DNA of 64,000 nt, from the NCBI GenBank assembly GCA_963777605.1, contig CAVZRV010000027.1:96001-160000 (forward strand), given 5' to 3'. How positions within the stretch are numbered: position 1 is the stretch's first letter; each line of letters begins with the position of its first letter. The translations under genes and the position numbers were made by a program. Below, one piece after another: positions 52,484 to 62,557 of the stretch. This DNA is from an uncultured Acidobacteriota bacterium. Its GTDB lineage: Bacteria > Acidobacteriota > UBA6911 > RPQK01 > JAPXNP01. A model generated the notes under the pieces. The model saw only the letters and a program-made list of their open reading frames with translations. It did no database searches and was not told where the DNA came from.

Positions 52484-52629
52484 CGCCGCCGTGATTTTCT
52501 GGCAGAATTCTCTCACTGACTTCTCAACCGGTTCACCACCTGATTTTGGAACACAGACTGATCTGCCTGGACCGGGACCGAACCGACCGAAGGAGTGGTC
52601 TGGATCAACTTCACTTGGAAGGGACAACC

Positions 52630-53703
52630 ATGCGTAATTCAGGGCCAGCGAGAGACAGGAATTTGGTGCCGGGACAACTGGGGAAGCTTGGACTGATGTT
52701 GGCATTCTGGCTGGCATTTGTTCCGGTGACCCTGGCGGGCGACAAGGAAGACCTTCAGGATTTCCTCCGCTTGTATCCCAAGCTGACTGAATCCGAGATC
52801 CAGCAGGTCGAGTCCGGTTCCGCCGTTGCCAAAATACTCGACACGCCGGAGAAGGAAGAGATCGTCATTTTCGGGGCGATTAAGTTGTCGATCCCGGTGA
52901 AGGCGTTCGTCGATCACATCCGCGACGTGGAAAAACTCGAAGACGGCGAAAACTACATCGTCGTCAAGAAGTTCAGCGATCCCCCGGTCATGGCCGATGT
53001 CCAGCGCCTGACGTTGGACGAAGCGGACATCGAGGACCTGCAGGACTGCAAGCCGGGCGACTGTGACATCCAGCTTCCCGACTTCGAGATTCAGCAATTC
53101 GGCAAACAGATCGACTGGAACTCAAAGGAAGTCGTGGACCAGGTCAATCACATGGCTCAAGAGAAAGCACTCGAGGTCCTGAAGCGCTACCAGGCATCCG
53201 GAACCCGGGGACTCAGAGACTATCGCGACAAGAAGGAACCACTGAACATTCAGAAAACCTACGAAAATCTCCTCAACCGGACCGACGCCCTCCCGGTGCA
53301 ACTGCCCGAATTCTACAATTACTTGCTCAATTACCCGTCCGTCACCCTCCCGGGAACTGAAGATTTCTTCTACTGGGAAAAGGTGAAATTTGGACTGAAG
53401 CCGACCATCCGGGGCATTCACGCGATCATCTATGAAGCCAAGGAAGGGGATCGCTCCGACTGGGTCATTGCCTTCAAGCAGCTTTACTCGACGCACTACT
53501 TCCTGGCCGCCCTCGACCTCTGGTTCTGCCTGGAGGACGCGGATTCGGGCGGTTTCTACCTGATCACAGTGAAAGGCTCCCGGCAGCACGGGCTGACCGG
53601 CTTCAAGGGAAGCATCGTGCGGAAAGTAGTGGTGGGAAGGACACGGGATTCAGTCGAACAGGCCCTCAATTACATGAAGACCAGTTTCGAACGCGTCCAC
53701 TGA
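52630..53703 (+). CDS. Secreted hypothetical protein
   Basis: Long ORF with typical codon usage and signal-like segment; CKPGDC, FFYWEKVKFGLKPT and KQLYSTHYF motifs. Confidence 0.75.
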   Translation: MRNSGPARDRNLVPGQLGKLGLMLAFWLAFVPVTLAGDKEDLQDFLRLYPKLTESEIQQVESGSAVAKILDTPEKEEIVIFGAIKLSIPVKAFVDHIRDVEKLEDGENYIVVKKFSDPPVMADVQRLTLDEADIEDLQDCKPGDCDIQLPDFEIQQFGKQIDWNSKEVVDQVNHMAQEKALEVLKRYQASGTRGLRDYRDKKEPLNIQKTYENLLNRTDALPVQLPEFYNYLLNYPSVTLPGTEDFFYWEKVKFGLKPTIRGIHAIIYEAKEGDRSDWVIAFKQLYSTHYFLAALDLWFCLEDADSGGFYLITVKGSRQHGLTGFKGSIVRKVVVGRTRDSVEQALNYMKTSFERVH

Positions 53704-53891
53704 GCCATTGTCGCGACTTCCCGAACTGAAGGCACGACACTCACCGCAATGTCTCCGGTTGGAAGACCCGACACGACTGTTGTCATCGACCTCTCTTACT
53801 TTCCTCTCTTTTACTTTCTCGTACAAACAATTATAGTTATTTCAATTTCCTGCAAATCCCCACCACAATCCTCAGCCTGAGAGGGGGCCGA

Positions 53892-55052
53892 ATGAGATTG
53901 AGAGTGCCGATTCTGACATTGTTTGCCATCGCTGCTTCCATCCATTTCTCTGCCTTAGGTGCAGTAACCAGGTGGACCCTTTCCGGGGTCACATTCTCGG
54001 ACGGCGGAACCGCAGAGGGATACCTTGACCTCGACCCCGGAGTAGGCGCAAACGGGACCGTCAAGAACTGGCAAATATCGGTTTCGGGAGGAAACACAAC
54101 CAGCTTTCCCGACTTTATCTATTCGTCCGCCAACTCAAACGCCGGAAGCTTCAATTTCGGAGAGACGGCGCCGCGGCTCATAATCAGCGACAAGGCGTCC
54201 AATCGGGAGATACGGCTCCAGCCTTTGGGCCTGCTGACCGACTCGGGCGGAACGGTCGGCCTGAATACTGATTCCGGGAGTCTCGAGTGTTACAACTGTT
54301 CCCCCGCCCGGCCCATGACTGCAGGTTCGCTGGTAGCCAGCTCGACGGCACCAAACTTCACGTTCTTGTTCCCCCAATTTGGGAACGGCGGCGGGTTGGT
54401 TTCGGACCTGGTGTTGACCAACACGGCTGCCGTTGCCTCATCGGTACGCGTTGAATTTCGCGGCAACGACGGCGCCCCGCTGAACCTTGGAGTGGGAAGC
54501 GTGCCTCCCGGAGCCAATACTCCCTCCGGGCCGGTATCCAGCGTGGATTTCACACTCGAACCGTACGGGACCGCAAGAGTCTCGACCGACGGTTTGGGGA
54601 ACCAGGCTCTTGCGGGCAGCGCGGTGGTTATCTCCGACCAGCGGGTCGGCGGAGTCGTCCGCTTCACCATTGCAGGCATCGGAATCGCCGGAGTCGGCTC
54701 GTCGCAGCCCATGACGCAGTTCATTGTTCCCGTGCGGCGCAAGGCCGGAACGATCAACACCGGCCTGGCACTTCAGAATGCAGGAGCCAATCCATCCCGA
54801 TTCGAACTGACGCTTCTGTCAGGAGATGGGACGGCCGTACCCAACGGGACTGCCACGATTGAGAACTTCTCTGGGTCAGGCCACCTCAGCAAATTCATTG
54901 ACGAACTCTTCCCGGACGCGGCGACGGACGACTTCGAAGGTTCCGTACGGGTCGTAGTGACCACAGGGTCGGTTACGGCAACGGCACTCGAACTGGGCAG
55001 CCAGCCCGGGCAGTTCACGACTTTGCCGGTCATCAATTTGTTGACTCAGTAG
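53892..55052 (+). CDS. Secreted hypothetical protein with two C-terminal beta-sandwich-like repeats
   Basis: Signal peptide; WTLSGVTFSDGG N-domain; FPQFGNGGG, TGLALQN and FIDELF motifs. Confidence 0.75.
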   Translation: MRLRVPILTLFAIAASIHFSALGAVTRWTLSGVTFSDGGTAEGYLDLDPGVGANGTVKNWQISVSGGNTTSFPDFIYSSANSNAGSFNFGETAPRLIISDKASNREIRLQPLGLLTDSGGTVGLNTDSGSLECYNCSPARPMTAGSLVASSTAPNFTFLFPQFGNGGGLVSDLVLTNTAAVASSVRVEFRGNDGAPLNLGVGSVPPGANTPSGPVSSVDFTLEPYGTARVSTDGLGNQALAGSAVVISDQRVGGVVRFTIAGIGIAGVGSSQPMTQFIVPVRRKAGTINTGLALQNAGANPSRFELTLLSGDGTAVPNGTATIENFSGSGHLSKFIDELFPDAATDDFEGSVRVVVTTGSVTATALELGSQPGQFTTLPVINLLTQ

Positions 55053-55150
55053 TCACCCGGCCCGCCGTTGGGGGGAAGCGCATTCGCTCAACGTCGCAAC
55101 CAGGTATCGGACACTCCCAGGTGCAGATCGAGAATTGAAAGGAATCTCAG

Positions 55151-55750
55151 ATGAAGATCTTGATCGTAGGAGCAACCGGAACAATTGGTCGGGCAGTGGT
55201 TGAAGAACTCGGATCTCGGCACGAGATCGTAATGGCCGGGAGGACTTCCGGAGACGTCAACATGGACATCACCGACCCGTCCTCGATGCAGAAGGTGTTG
55301 GACACAATCGGCAGCCTCGATGCCATCGTCTCGGCCGCAGGATCGGTCAAGTTCGCACCCCTCGAAGAAATGACCGACACGGACTACGAAATCGGCCTGA
55401 AAGACAAGCTGATGGGCCAGATCAACCTCGTATTGTTGGGGAGACACTCCCTGTCTGACGGCGGTTCATTCACTCTTACGACCGGCATCCTGGACCGGGA
55501 CCCGATTCGATTCGGTTCGTCGGCTTCCATGGTGAACGGGGCGGTCAACTCGTTTGTGAGAGCGGCAGCTATCGAACTTCCACGGGGACTTCGAATCAAC
55601 GCAGTCAGTCCGGGAGTGATTCAGGAGGCGATGGAGTCCTTCGCCCCTTACTTTCGGGGATTTGAACCCGTGCCGGCCGCCCGGGCTGCCCTGGCTTACT
55701 CAAAAAGTGTGGAAGGCCATCAGACAGGCCAGGTCTACTGCGTCAACTGA
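55151..55750 (+). CDS. Short-chain dehydrogenase (atypical SDR)
   Basis: IVGATGTIG, KLMGQINLV and RINAVSPG motifs; AAGGA RBS. Confidence 0.9.
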   Translation: MKILIVGATGTIGRAVVEELGSRHEIVMAGRTSGDVNMDITDPSSMQKVLDTIGSLDAIVSAAGSVKFAPLEEMTDTDYEIGLKDKLMGQINLVLLGRHSLSDGGSFTLTTGILDRDPIRFGSSASMVNGAVNSFVRAAAIELPRGLRINAVSPGVIQEAMESFAPYFRGFEPVPAARAALAYSKSVEGHQTGQVYCVN

Positions 55751-55799
55751 TTCGCGGTGTTAATCGAAACCCTCCGATCGAAGCTTCGAGTGCCCGGGG

Positions 55800-56714
55800 T
55801 CACGGATTGACCCGCTGGTACACTCGGACGTAGTCGACCTCGAAGCGCCCCGGGAATTCGGTCTGCGACGGGTCGCCTCCGGCCTTTCCGCCGATCGCCA
55901 GGTTGAGCAACATGTACTCCGGCTCGTGAAAGGGGTTGGCCCCCTCTGCGTCACCGTTCACGGTTTGAGAAAGGTCGGTCGAGTTGAGCAGCTGGTCATC
56001 GACGTAGAGCTTGATCTGGTTCTGGTCCCAGTCCATCCGCCAGACATGGAACTTGCTCGACCAGGCCGGGTCACCGAACTCCTCGAGCGGCTTCTTGAGA
56101 TCGTCCCAACGGGTCTCCCCGGGTTGGGCGCCGAGCCAGGCGACATTGGCCAACAACATTCCCCGGTAATACTCCATGATGTCGATCTCGCCACCACCCG
56201 GCCAGTGGCGGGCTGTCCCCAGCATCCACCAGGCCGGCCACATCCCGGGTCGCGTGTCGATTCGACCTCGCATCTCGAATCTGCCGTACAACCACTGGTG
56301 AAGCCCTCGGGTGATCAGGCAGGCTGACGTGTAGTCGGCGTACTTGCGGTTGCGGCGCCAGTCCCGCGAGCCCTCTTCGTAGCGGGGATTCTCGAACTTT
56401 TCTCTCCGGGCCTCGATAATCAGCATCCCGCCTTCGCAGCGCGCGTTCTCGGGCCGGTAGTACTGGAGTTCCTCATTGCGAACGAAACCCTGTTCGTAGG
56501 TCCAGTTGCGCGGATCAGGGGCGCCGTCCCGGTCGAATTCGTCAGCCCAGACCAGTGCGTATCCTTCCTGCCGTGGTGCCTTGACGACGTTGGAGTTCCG
56601 GGCTCGCAACGACGACTGGAAAGGAGGGGGCTTGAGAGCCGCCTGTTCAGCGGGAACTGCGGGAATTCCAAGGCTCATCAACCAGAACAGAGCTACCGTG
56701 ACAAATCCAAACAT
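55800..56714 (-). CDS. Glycoside hydrolase family 16 (laminarinase-like), secreted
   Basis: LVWADEF, NEELQYY, YGRFE, WPAWW and catalytic EIDIME. Confidence 0.92.
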   Translation of the reverse strand: MFGFVTVALFWLMSLGIPAVPAEQAALKPPPFQSSLRARNSNVVKAPRQEGYALVWADEFDRDGAPDPRNWTYEQGFVRNEELQYYRPENARCEGGMLIIEARREKFENPRYEEGSRDWRRNRKYADYTSACLITRGLHQWLYGRFEMRGRIDTRPGMWPAWWMLGTARHWPGGGEIDIMEYYRGMLLANVAWLGAQPGETRWDDLKKPLEEFGDPAWSSKFHVWRMDWDQNQIKLYVDDQLLNSTDLSQTVNGDAEGANPFHEPEYMLLNLAIGGKAGGDPSQTEFPGRFEVDYVRVYQRVNP

Positions 56715-56725
56715 CGATTTCCTCC

Positions 56726-58927
56726 TTAATCGGCCAGCCAGAGTGGAATACCGAGAAGCGCCTTTACGGCAACCGGCTTGCCTTCGAAGATCGCCGGGCG
56801 GAACACCCATTCTTTAAGGGCATCGATCACAAACATGTTCAGCCGGGGATCCGGGGAATCCTTGATCTCCAACTGTTCCATGCGACCTTCTGTATTGATG
56901 ATCGAGTAAATGATCACCGTCTTTCCAAGATTCGGGCGTACTAACTTTGATGGATATTCCGGACGCTTTTTGGACGCCGGAAAAGGCAACAGGAGGCCCT
57001 CGCCTCTCGGGTCTTCATCCTGGCTTTCGTTTGCCTGGACATTGGTGCCCCGAATCGCAGCGAATTCAAGCGTCCAGGAAGGAGCAGTATCCCTCTCCTC
57101 TTCCCGCATATCCAGATAAACCGTGTAGACCTGTTCATCAGTGAACATCCCAAAGGACGGCAAACCACCGCCGCCGTTCTCTGTCGAAACGATGAAGAGT
57201 CCGTACGAAGTTTTCACCGGTCGCGGGGCGGGTGTCACCCGGATCGTTCCGGAACTCGTTCCGGTGGTTCCGCTACCTCCGACTATCGTGATCCCGGCGA
57301 ATGGTTTCGCTCCCGATCCGGATCCGGATCCGGTGCCGGAGCCAAACGCGGGGATCGAAACCACGGCCGCGAAACCGGCGTCGGTCCCCGAGCCGGATCC
57401 GGACCCCGTGCTTCTTCCGGTCCCTGGGCCCGCATTCGCCGTAGATCCCGCGTCGCCCGCTCCCCGAAGACCTCCTCCGCCCGCGCCGGCGCTGGCCGTT
57501 GCCTTGGACCCGAAACTGATGTTGACCACGGGCCCGGCCGGCTCATCAGCCGGGCTGCGGCCGGAATCAGCCGATTCCACGACCGGTGACACGGAGTCTG
57601 GTTGACTTGCAGCAGGCGAACTCGGTTCGGTAGCAGTCGTGTCGAGGTTCGGGTTCGGGGATATCGCGAAATGCCCGCGAGCTTCTCCGATCGGGATGTC
57701 GAACGGTCGGTCCCGCGGTGCCGGCAGCGGGCTCAACGAAAGCAGGTTCCCTGGATCGGTTCCATCGAGGGGGAACAGGTCGGGATCCACCGGGTTGACT
57801 TCCTCGGCCGATTCGGCCGAAGCCGGCGGTTCGGTTTCCGGTGCCGTTCTATCGCGCGATGCGACATCCTCTTCGCCAGAGTTTATCGCCGGTTCCACCG
57901 GGCGGGAATCAGCGACCATTTCAGTCGGTGCTTCTGCCGCTGGTGTGGGGACCGCATCGACCTCCCCTTCCGGCGGAGGTGGTGGCTCGGGATTCTTCAC
58001 AGCCCCCTGCTGAGCGACTCGAGCCGATGGCTCCGCCTGCGCAAGCTTGACCGGCGCCGGTTCAGGCTCCGGCTCCGGAGTCAACGGAATCGAAGAAGTG
58101 ACCGACGGTTCCAGATCAGGCCGCGGCTCCTGCCGGGAGGGCAACGGTTCGGCTCGAACCTGTTCGACGACCTCCTCGGGTTCCGGGGGAGGCGGGTTCA
58201 TAACCGGTTGAATCGCGGCCTGCGCCGCGTAGGGGTTGTCAACCAAAGGCCGCGCCGGGGGAAGCGGGAAGACGGGTTCCACCGCTGCGATTTCGAGGGG
58301 TTCCCTCGGCCTCGGCACTCGGAACGAATCCGACTCAACGGACTGGGGACGGTCCAATTCGATCGGCTTCGGGGGAAGTGGAGGCGGGGGAGGCTCCGAC
58401 GGCTCGATCAACACCATGTTCGGAAGCGCCAGGGGCGGCTTCAAGATCGGAAGGCTCTCCAGGTCGGGCTGGAGCAGAGTTTGAAAACGATTGGTCGGGT
58501 CAGGGGGCTCCGAGAGAATTTCCTGCGGCCCGGGATAAACGAGCCCCCGGGGTCGCGAAACTTCGCGCATCGAAGGTTCCCCCGGCGCAGCCTCACCCGG
58601 CGGGGATTCGGAACCGGGAGCGCGATGATGTCGTCCTCCGGCCACCGGAGGCAACCACATCACGTGGCGGTTCATCTCTTCTCGGGCTTCAGCCACGGCC
58701 CTTTCACGCTCGCGAAGACGGTCCTCAGGAGTCCTGAATACCGGAAACGACAAGATCAGAAACAGACCGAATGCGTGAATGGTAAGCGAACCCGGAAGGC
58801 CTCGAACAGGAAAATATAAACGGCTCAGGTCGACACTGGAGAAAGCAAATCTCGGAGGCTCCTCCCAGAGCTCAAGCAAGTTCAGGGACGTGGGCACACT
58901 CACACTCCCTATATCGAATCGTTTCAA
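56726..58927 (-). CDS. TonB-like energy transducer with very long Pro- and Gly-rich linker
   Basis: N-terminal TM with S...H, Pro/Glu-rich then Gly/Ser-rich linker, C-terminal P.YP...I...G...AL..W.F.PA...G.PV. Confidence 0.75.
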   Translation of the reverse strand: MKRFDIGSVSVPTSLNLLELWEEPPRFAFSSVDLSRLYFPVRGLPGSLTIHAFGLFLILSFPVFRTPEDRLRERERAVAEAREEMNRHVMWLPPVAGGRHHRAPGSESPPGEAAPGEPSMREVSRPRGLVYPGPQEILSEPPDPTNRFQTLLQPDLESLPILKPPLALPNMVLIEPSEPPPPPLPPKPIELDRPQSVESDSFRVPRPREPLEIAAVEPVFPLPPARPLVDNPYAAQAAIQPVMNPPPPEPEEVVEQVRAEPLPSRQEPRPDLEPSVTSSIPLTPEPEPEPAPVKLAQAEPSARVAQQGAVKNPEPPPPPEGEVDAVPTPAAEAPTEMVADSRPVEPAINSGEEDVASRDRTAPETEPPASAESAEEVNPVDPDLFPLDGTDPGNLLSLSPLPAPRDRPFDIPIGEARGHFAISPNPNLDTTATEPSSPAASQPDSVSPVVESADSGRSPADEPAGPVVNISFGSKATASAGAGGGGLRGAGDAGSTANAGPGTGRSTGSGSGSGTDAGFAAVVSIPAFGSGTGSGSGSGAKPFAGITIVGGSGTTGTSSGTIRVTPAPRPVKTSYGLFIVSTENGGGGLPSFGMFTDEQVYTVYLDMREEERDTAPSWTLEFAAIRGTNVQANESQDEDPRGEGLLLPFPASKKRPEYPSKLVRPNLGKTVIIYSIINTEGRMEQLEIKDSPDPRLNMFVIDALKEWVFRPAIFEGKPVAVKALLGIPLWLAD

Positions 58928-59141
58928 CGCTTCAGTTAATTCCCCCTGCGATCGCTCCGAGTACTCCTAATCCTGCATCCAGACCAAGCCGGACTACCCG
59001 GGAGTTCCGCAGGGATAGCAAGTCAATTGTCTTCTCGAAGAGGCGTAACGGCAAGCTGCAAGTGCGTCGGGTGACAAATTCCGAAGTCTTGACTCGGCTC
59101 CGATTCCCGTTTAGCGTGCTGAGTCACGGGAGGTCACCACA

Positions 59142-60944
59142 GTGAGAGAAGTGCCAAGAAATCAACCCATCCGTTTCCGAAAAAACAGTCCCCAGCTATT
59201 GATGCTTGTGCTAGTCGTACTCGTCTCAACCGCCACCGTCTTTCCGGCCGAGCCTGGGCCCTATGAGGTCCAGGTCGAAACCGGAGTCCGCGTAGCGATG
59301 CGGGATGGGGTCTCGCTGGTCGCCGACATCTACCGGCCGGCGGCCAGCGACAAGTTTCCGGTCCTGCTGCAACGGACTCCCTACAACCGCAAAGGAGGGG
59401 CTTCGTCGGGCCGGATCCTGGCGTCTCATGGCTACATCGTCATTTTTCAGGACACGCGGGGACGCTACGATTCGGAAGGTGATTTCTATCCGTTTCTCAA
59501 CGAACCCGACGACGGGTACGACACCGTGGAATGGGCCGCTCGCCTTCCCGGCTCCAACGGCCGGGTGGGAATGTTCGGCGGATCATACGTCGGCGCCACT
59601 CAGATGCTTGCGTCAATAGCCCGACCGCCCCACCTCGAAGCCATTTTCCCCTACGTCACGGCGGCTGAATATTACGAGGGGTGGACCTACGAGGGCGGCG
59701 CATTGATGCAGTGGTTCACCAGTTCCTGGACCTCTGGCCTGGCCGAGGACACGCTCGACCGACTGGTCAGGGCCAAACGCCAACTCAAGGACTGGAGTCT
59801 CACGATGCCGGTCGAGGACTACCCAGTTCTCAAACTGCCCACCGGCGACCAATTGGCCCCCTACTACGATGACTGGGTTCGCCACGAAACCAATGACGCC
59901 TACTGGAAACGCTGGAAGATTTCTGATCACTACGGCGAACTGGACGTCAAGAGCCTCCATTCCGGGGGGTGGCATGACATTTTCTCGGGAGGCTCGCTGA
60001 GAAATTACATGGGGCTTCGCAAGCAGGGAAAATCGGCTGAAATCCGGGATGGCCAGTACCTCCTGTTCGGTCCCTGGGCTCATGCTGCCACGTCCCCAGA
60101 AGGACAGGTCGGCGGGGTGGTCTTTGGCCATGACGCGGTTGTCGACATGGACCAGATGACGATCGACTGGTACGACTTCGTCCTGAAAGGAAAACAGAAT
60201 ACCTTTGCCTCGTCCAAGCGGGTCAAGATCTTCGTCCTGGGCGAGAACGCCTGGCGGGAAGAGGATGATTTCCCAATTCCCCGGGCAGTTGAGACGCCGC
60301 CTCTACCTGAGTTCCAGCCAACGTGCCAACAGCATCCGCGGCGACGGCCAACTGGTGTCCGCGACTCCCGGAGATTCGCGGCCGGATCACTTCGAGTACG
60401 ATCCCGAGAACCCCGTGCCGACAATTGGGGGCCGGCTCTGCTGCGGCAACGACGATTACCCTCCAGGCCCGTTCGACCAGAGCCCCAACGAAACACGCGA
60501 AGACGTACTGGTTTTTTCGACCCCTCCGCTGGATCGGGAAATGGAAGTCACCGGGTTCATCCGGCTCGAACTGTACGCCTCCACGACAGCGGCAGACACC
60601 GATTTCACGGCTCTCCTCGCGGACGTGGATCCTTCCGGGAACGCTCGCTACCTGGCCGATGGAATCGTCAGGGCCCGCTACCGGAATTCGACGGAAAAGG
60701 CGGAGCCGGTCGAGATGGGCAAAGTCTACCGGTTCGACATCGATCTCTGGGCGACGAGCAACCTGTTCAAGAAAGGCCACCAGGTACGCCTCTACGTCTC
60801 GAGCAGCAACTTTCCCCGGTTCAACAGAAACTCCAACACCGGGGTCCCGGTCTTTGGCTCATCCGGAATGGTCAAGGCGGAGCAGGCGATCTTTCACGAC
60901 CAGGAGCATCCCTCGGCACTGGTTCTCCCGGTATTCCGAGGTAA
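59142..60944 (+). CDS. CocE/NonD family hydrolase; two compensating indels (~60297 and ~60932)
   Basis: MRDGVSL.ADIY, RTPY, GMFGGSY, GGWHD and GPWAH motifs; C-domain YDPENPVPT...SSSNFPRF in the +1 frame; returns to the first frame at ...IPR*. Confidence 0.88.
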   Translation: MREVPRNQPIRFRKNSPQLLMLVLVVLVSTATVFPAEPGPYEVQVETGVRVAMRDGVSLVADIYRPAASDKFPVLLQRTPYNRKGGASSGRILASHGYIVIFQDTRGRYDSEGDFYPFLNEPDDGYDTVEWAARLPGSNGRVGMFGGSYVGATQMLASIARPPHLEAIFPYVTAAEYYEGWTYEGGALMQWFTSSWTSGLAEDTLDRLVRAKRQLKDWSLTMPVEDYPVLKLPTGDQLAPYYDDWVRHETNDAYWKRWKISDHYGELDVKSLHSGGWHDIFSGGSLRNYMGLRKQGKSAEIRDGQYLLFGPWAHAATSPEGQVGGVVFGHDAVVDMDQMTIDWYDFVLKGKQNTFASSKRVKIFVLGENAWREEDDFPIPRAVETPPLPEFQPTCQQHPRRRPTGVRDSRRFAAGSLRVRSREPRADNWGPALLRQRRLPSRPVRPEPQRNTRRRTGFFDPSAGSGNGSHRVHPARTVRLHDSGRHRFHGSPRGRGSFRERSLPGRWNRQGPLPEFDGKGGAGRDGQSLPVRHRSLGDEQPVQERPPGTPLRLEQQLSPVQQKLQHRGPGLWLIRNGQGGAGDLSRPGASLGTGSPGIPR

Positions 60945-61059
60945 TCCCCTGGGCAGCGCGGATCAATTGAGACTCGGATCCTCGATCAATCAAGCGGAAA
61001 TTCCAGAGACAGTTCCGCGACTTGGCGCGTTTTTCCAACGGCTTCCAAACAGCTGACCG

Positions 61060-62431
61060 TGCTCGGCCGTCAGAACATCCATGAGGACTCTTCGACGCCG
61101 GCGCTACCAGAGAAGAACCCGGACTGGTTTCATAACCACCCTGGCTGTAGGCAACCCGGGTCCCGATGTATCCCGGGCCGTAGTCTCCGTACGCCGCCAT
61201 GGCAATGAACCGGTCGGGGCGCATCTTCTGGGCCGCCAACTGGTATTCCACGAAAAGCTCCCCGGGCATCTGAAAAACCATCGCATCGCCGAGCCGGAGA
61301 CAGGTGATCTCCGTCTTCTCGGCTCTCTGGGTCCGCAGCAGCCAGGCCAATCCCTTGGCAGCCGACAGTCTCGCCGCATCGTCGGCTCCAGGGTCCCGCA
61401 ATACTCCAAGAAGCTCCTTTTCGTTCAGGTGAGACGCAGCCGGCAATATCACGTCGATCGAACGCCATTCGACCAGCGAACTGTCGATCGGCTTCCGCGC
61501 AGTTCCATCCCAGGCCCGCTTCATGGCATCGACCAGTCGATCAGCGAGCACTCGCCGGTTCTCCCTGGCCCCGTCGTTCCACTTTCCGGCGCCCACATTC
61601 CCCGCCGCGCCGGTGAAGTGGATGTGGGGGATCCCGGTCGCCGCCTCCCGGTCGTTTCGAGCCATGCCAGGGAAGTCGGGATTGGCACCGCCCGGTGCGG
61701 TAGTAACTCTGAGGGTGAGTCGCGTAATAGGTCAGGACCACAAGCGGTTCGTCCCCGTGCCACAGGCTCACCATCTTCAGGGACGGATCGATGGTACCGA
61801 CGGGCATGGCCCGGATCTTGGGATCCGTACAGGCCGTCCACCGGGTGAATGCCACTTTTCCGTCGGGGCCCAGGATGCGCCGGTTGGAGGCAATCTGCTC
61901 GACCTTGGCGGATCCCAGCCCAACCTGAGACACCGAACGCGCCTCTCCAATGGAGTCACGGAGGGCATCGGCGGCGCGATCCATCACTTTTCGCGCAAAG
62001 GCCGAGTCGTAGGCGTGGACCTGAGGAGCATATTCCTTCAGCAGCTCGTCCGAGGAAAAATCACAACGGGGAGCGTCGTGTTGATGGAGGCTGTGGACGG
62101 CAACGCGATCGACCGTGGTTCCGGCCGCATGTGCCAACCGGGTTCGGAATTCCGTCTGTGACGCATTGGCCACTCCCAGCCAGTCGATCGTGCAGATCAC
62201 GATCGGCTCTCCATGCCCCATCAGGACCAGACCTCGACAACTCAGCGGACTGGTGACCTCTTTCGTAGGGTCGTATGCGAGCGGGCTTCCGATCGCCGGG
62301 GAGGCGTCCACCTCAAACGTCGCGACCCGCAATGGCTGTTCGGCCGCCGCCAAACCCGGCGCGCCGGCCCAGACCCATACCAGCACCACAATTGTGACCA
62401 GGAAGTACCGGGAGAAGCAGGGTTTTGTCAT
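61060..62431 (-). CDS. Secreted neutral/alkaline ceramidase-like hydrolase; frameshifted, 3' end uncertain
   Basis: HSLHQHDAP, YATHPQSYY, GAAGNVGAGK, PGELFVEYQL and YGDYGPGYI motifs across two frames (break near 61690). Confidence 0.7.
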
Positions 62432-62557
62432 TGCCTTCACTTTATATGGGTGGAAATGGTCATGCAATGGCGTATGCTGGGCTCCAGAGGTGAGAGAAGA
62501 AGATCGGGAATCTGAGACTGAAAGCCGGATCGATTCTCGTTTTGGAGGGAGAAAACG

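Noticed and set aside
57290-57420. GGATCC-rich repeats in the TonB-like gene
   Set aside because: Explained by the Gly-Ser linker codons; not an independent DNA element.
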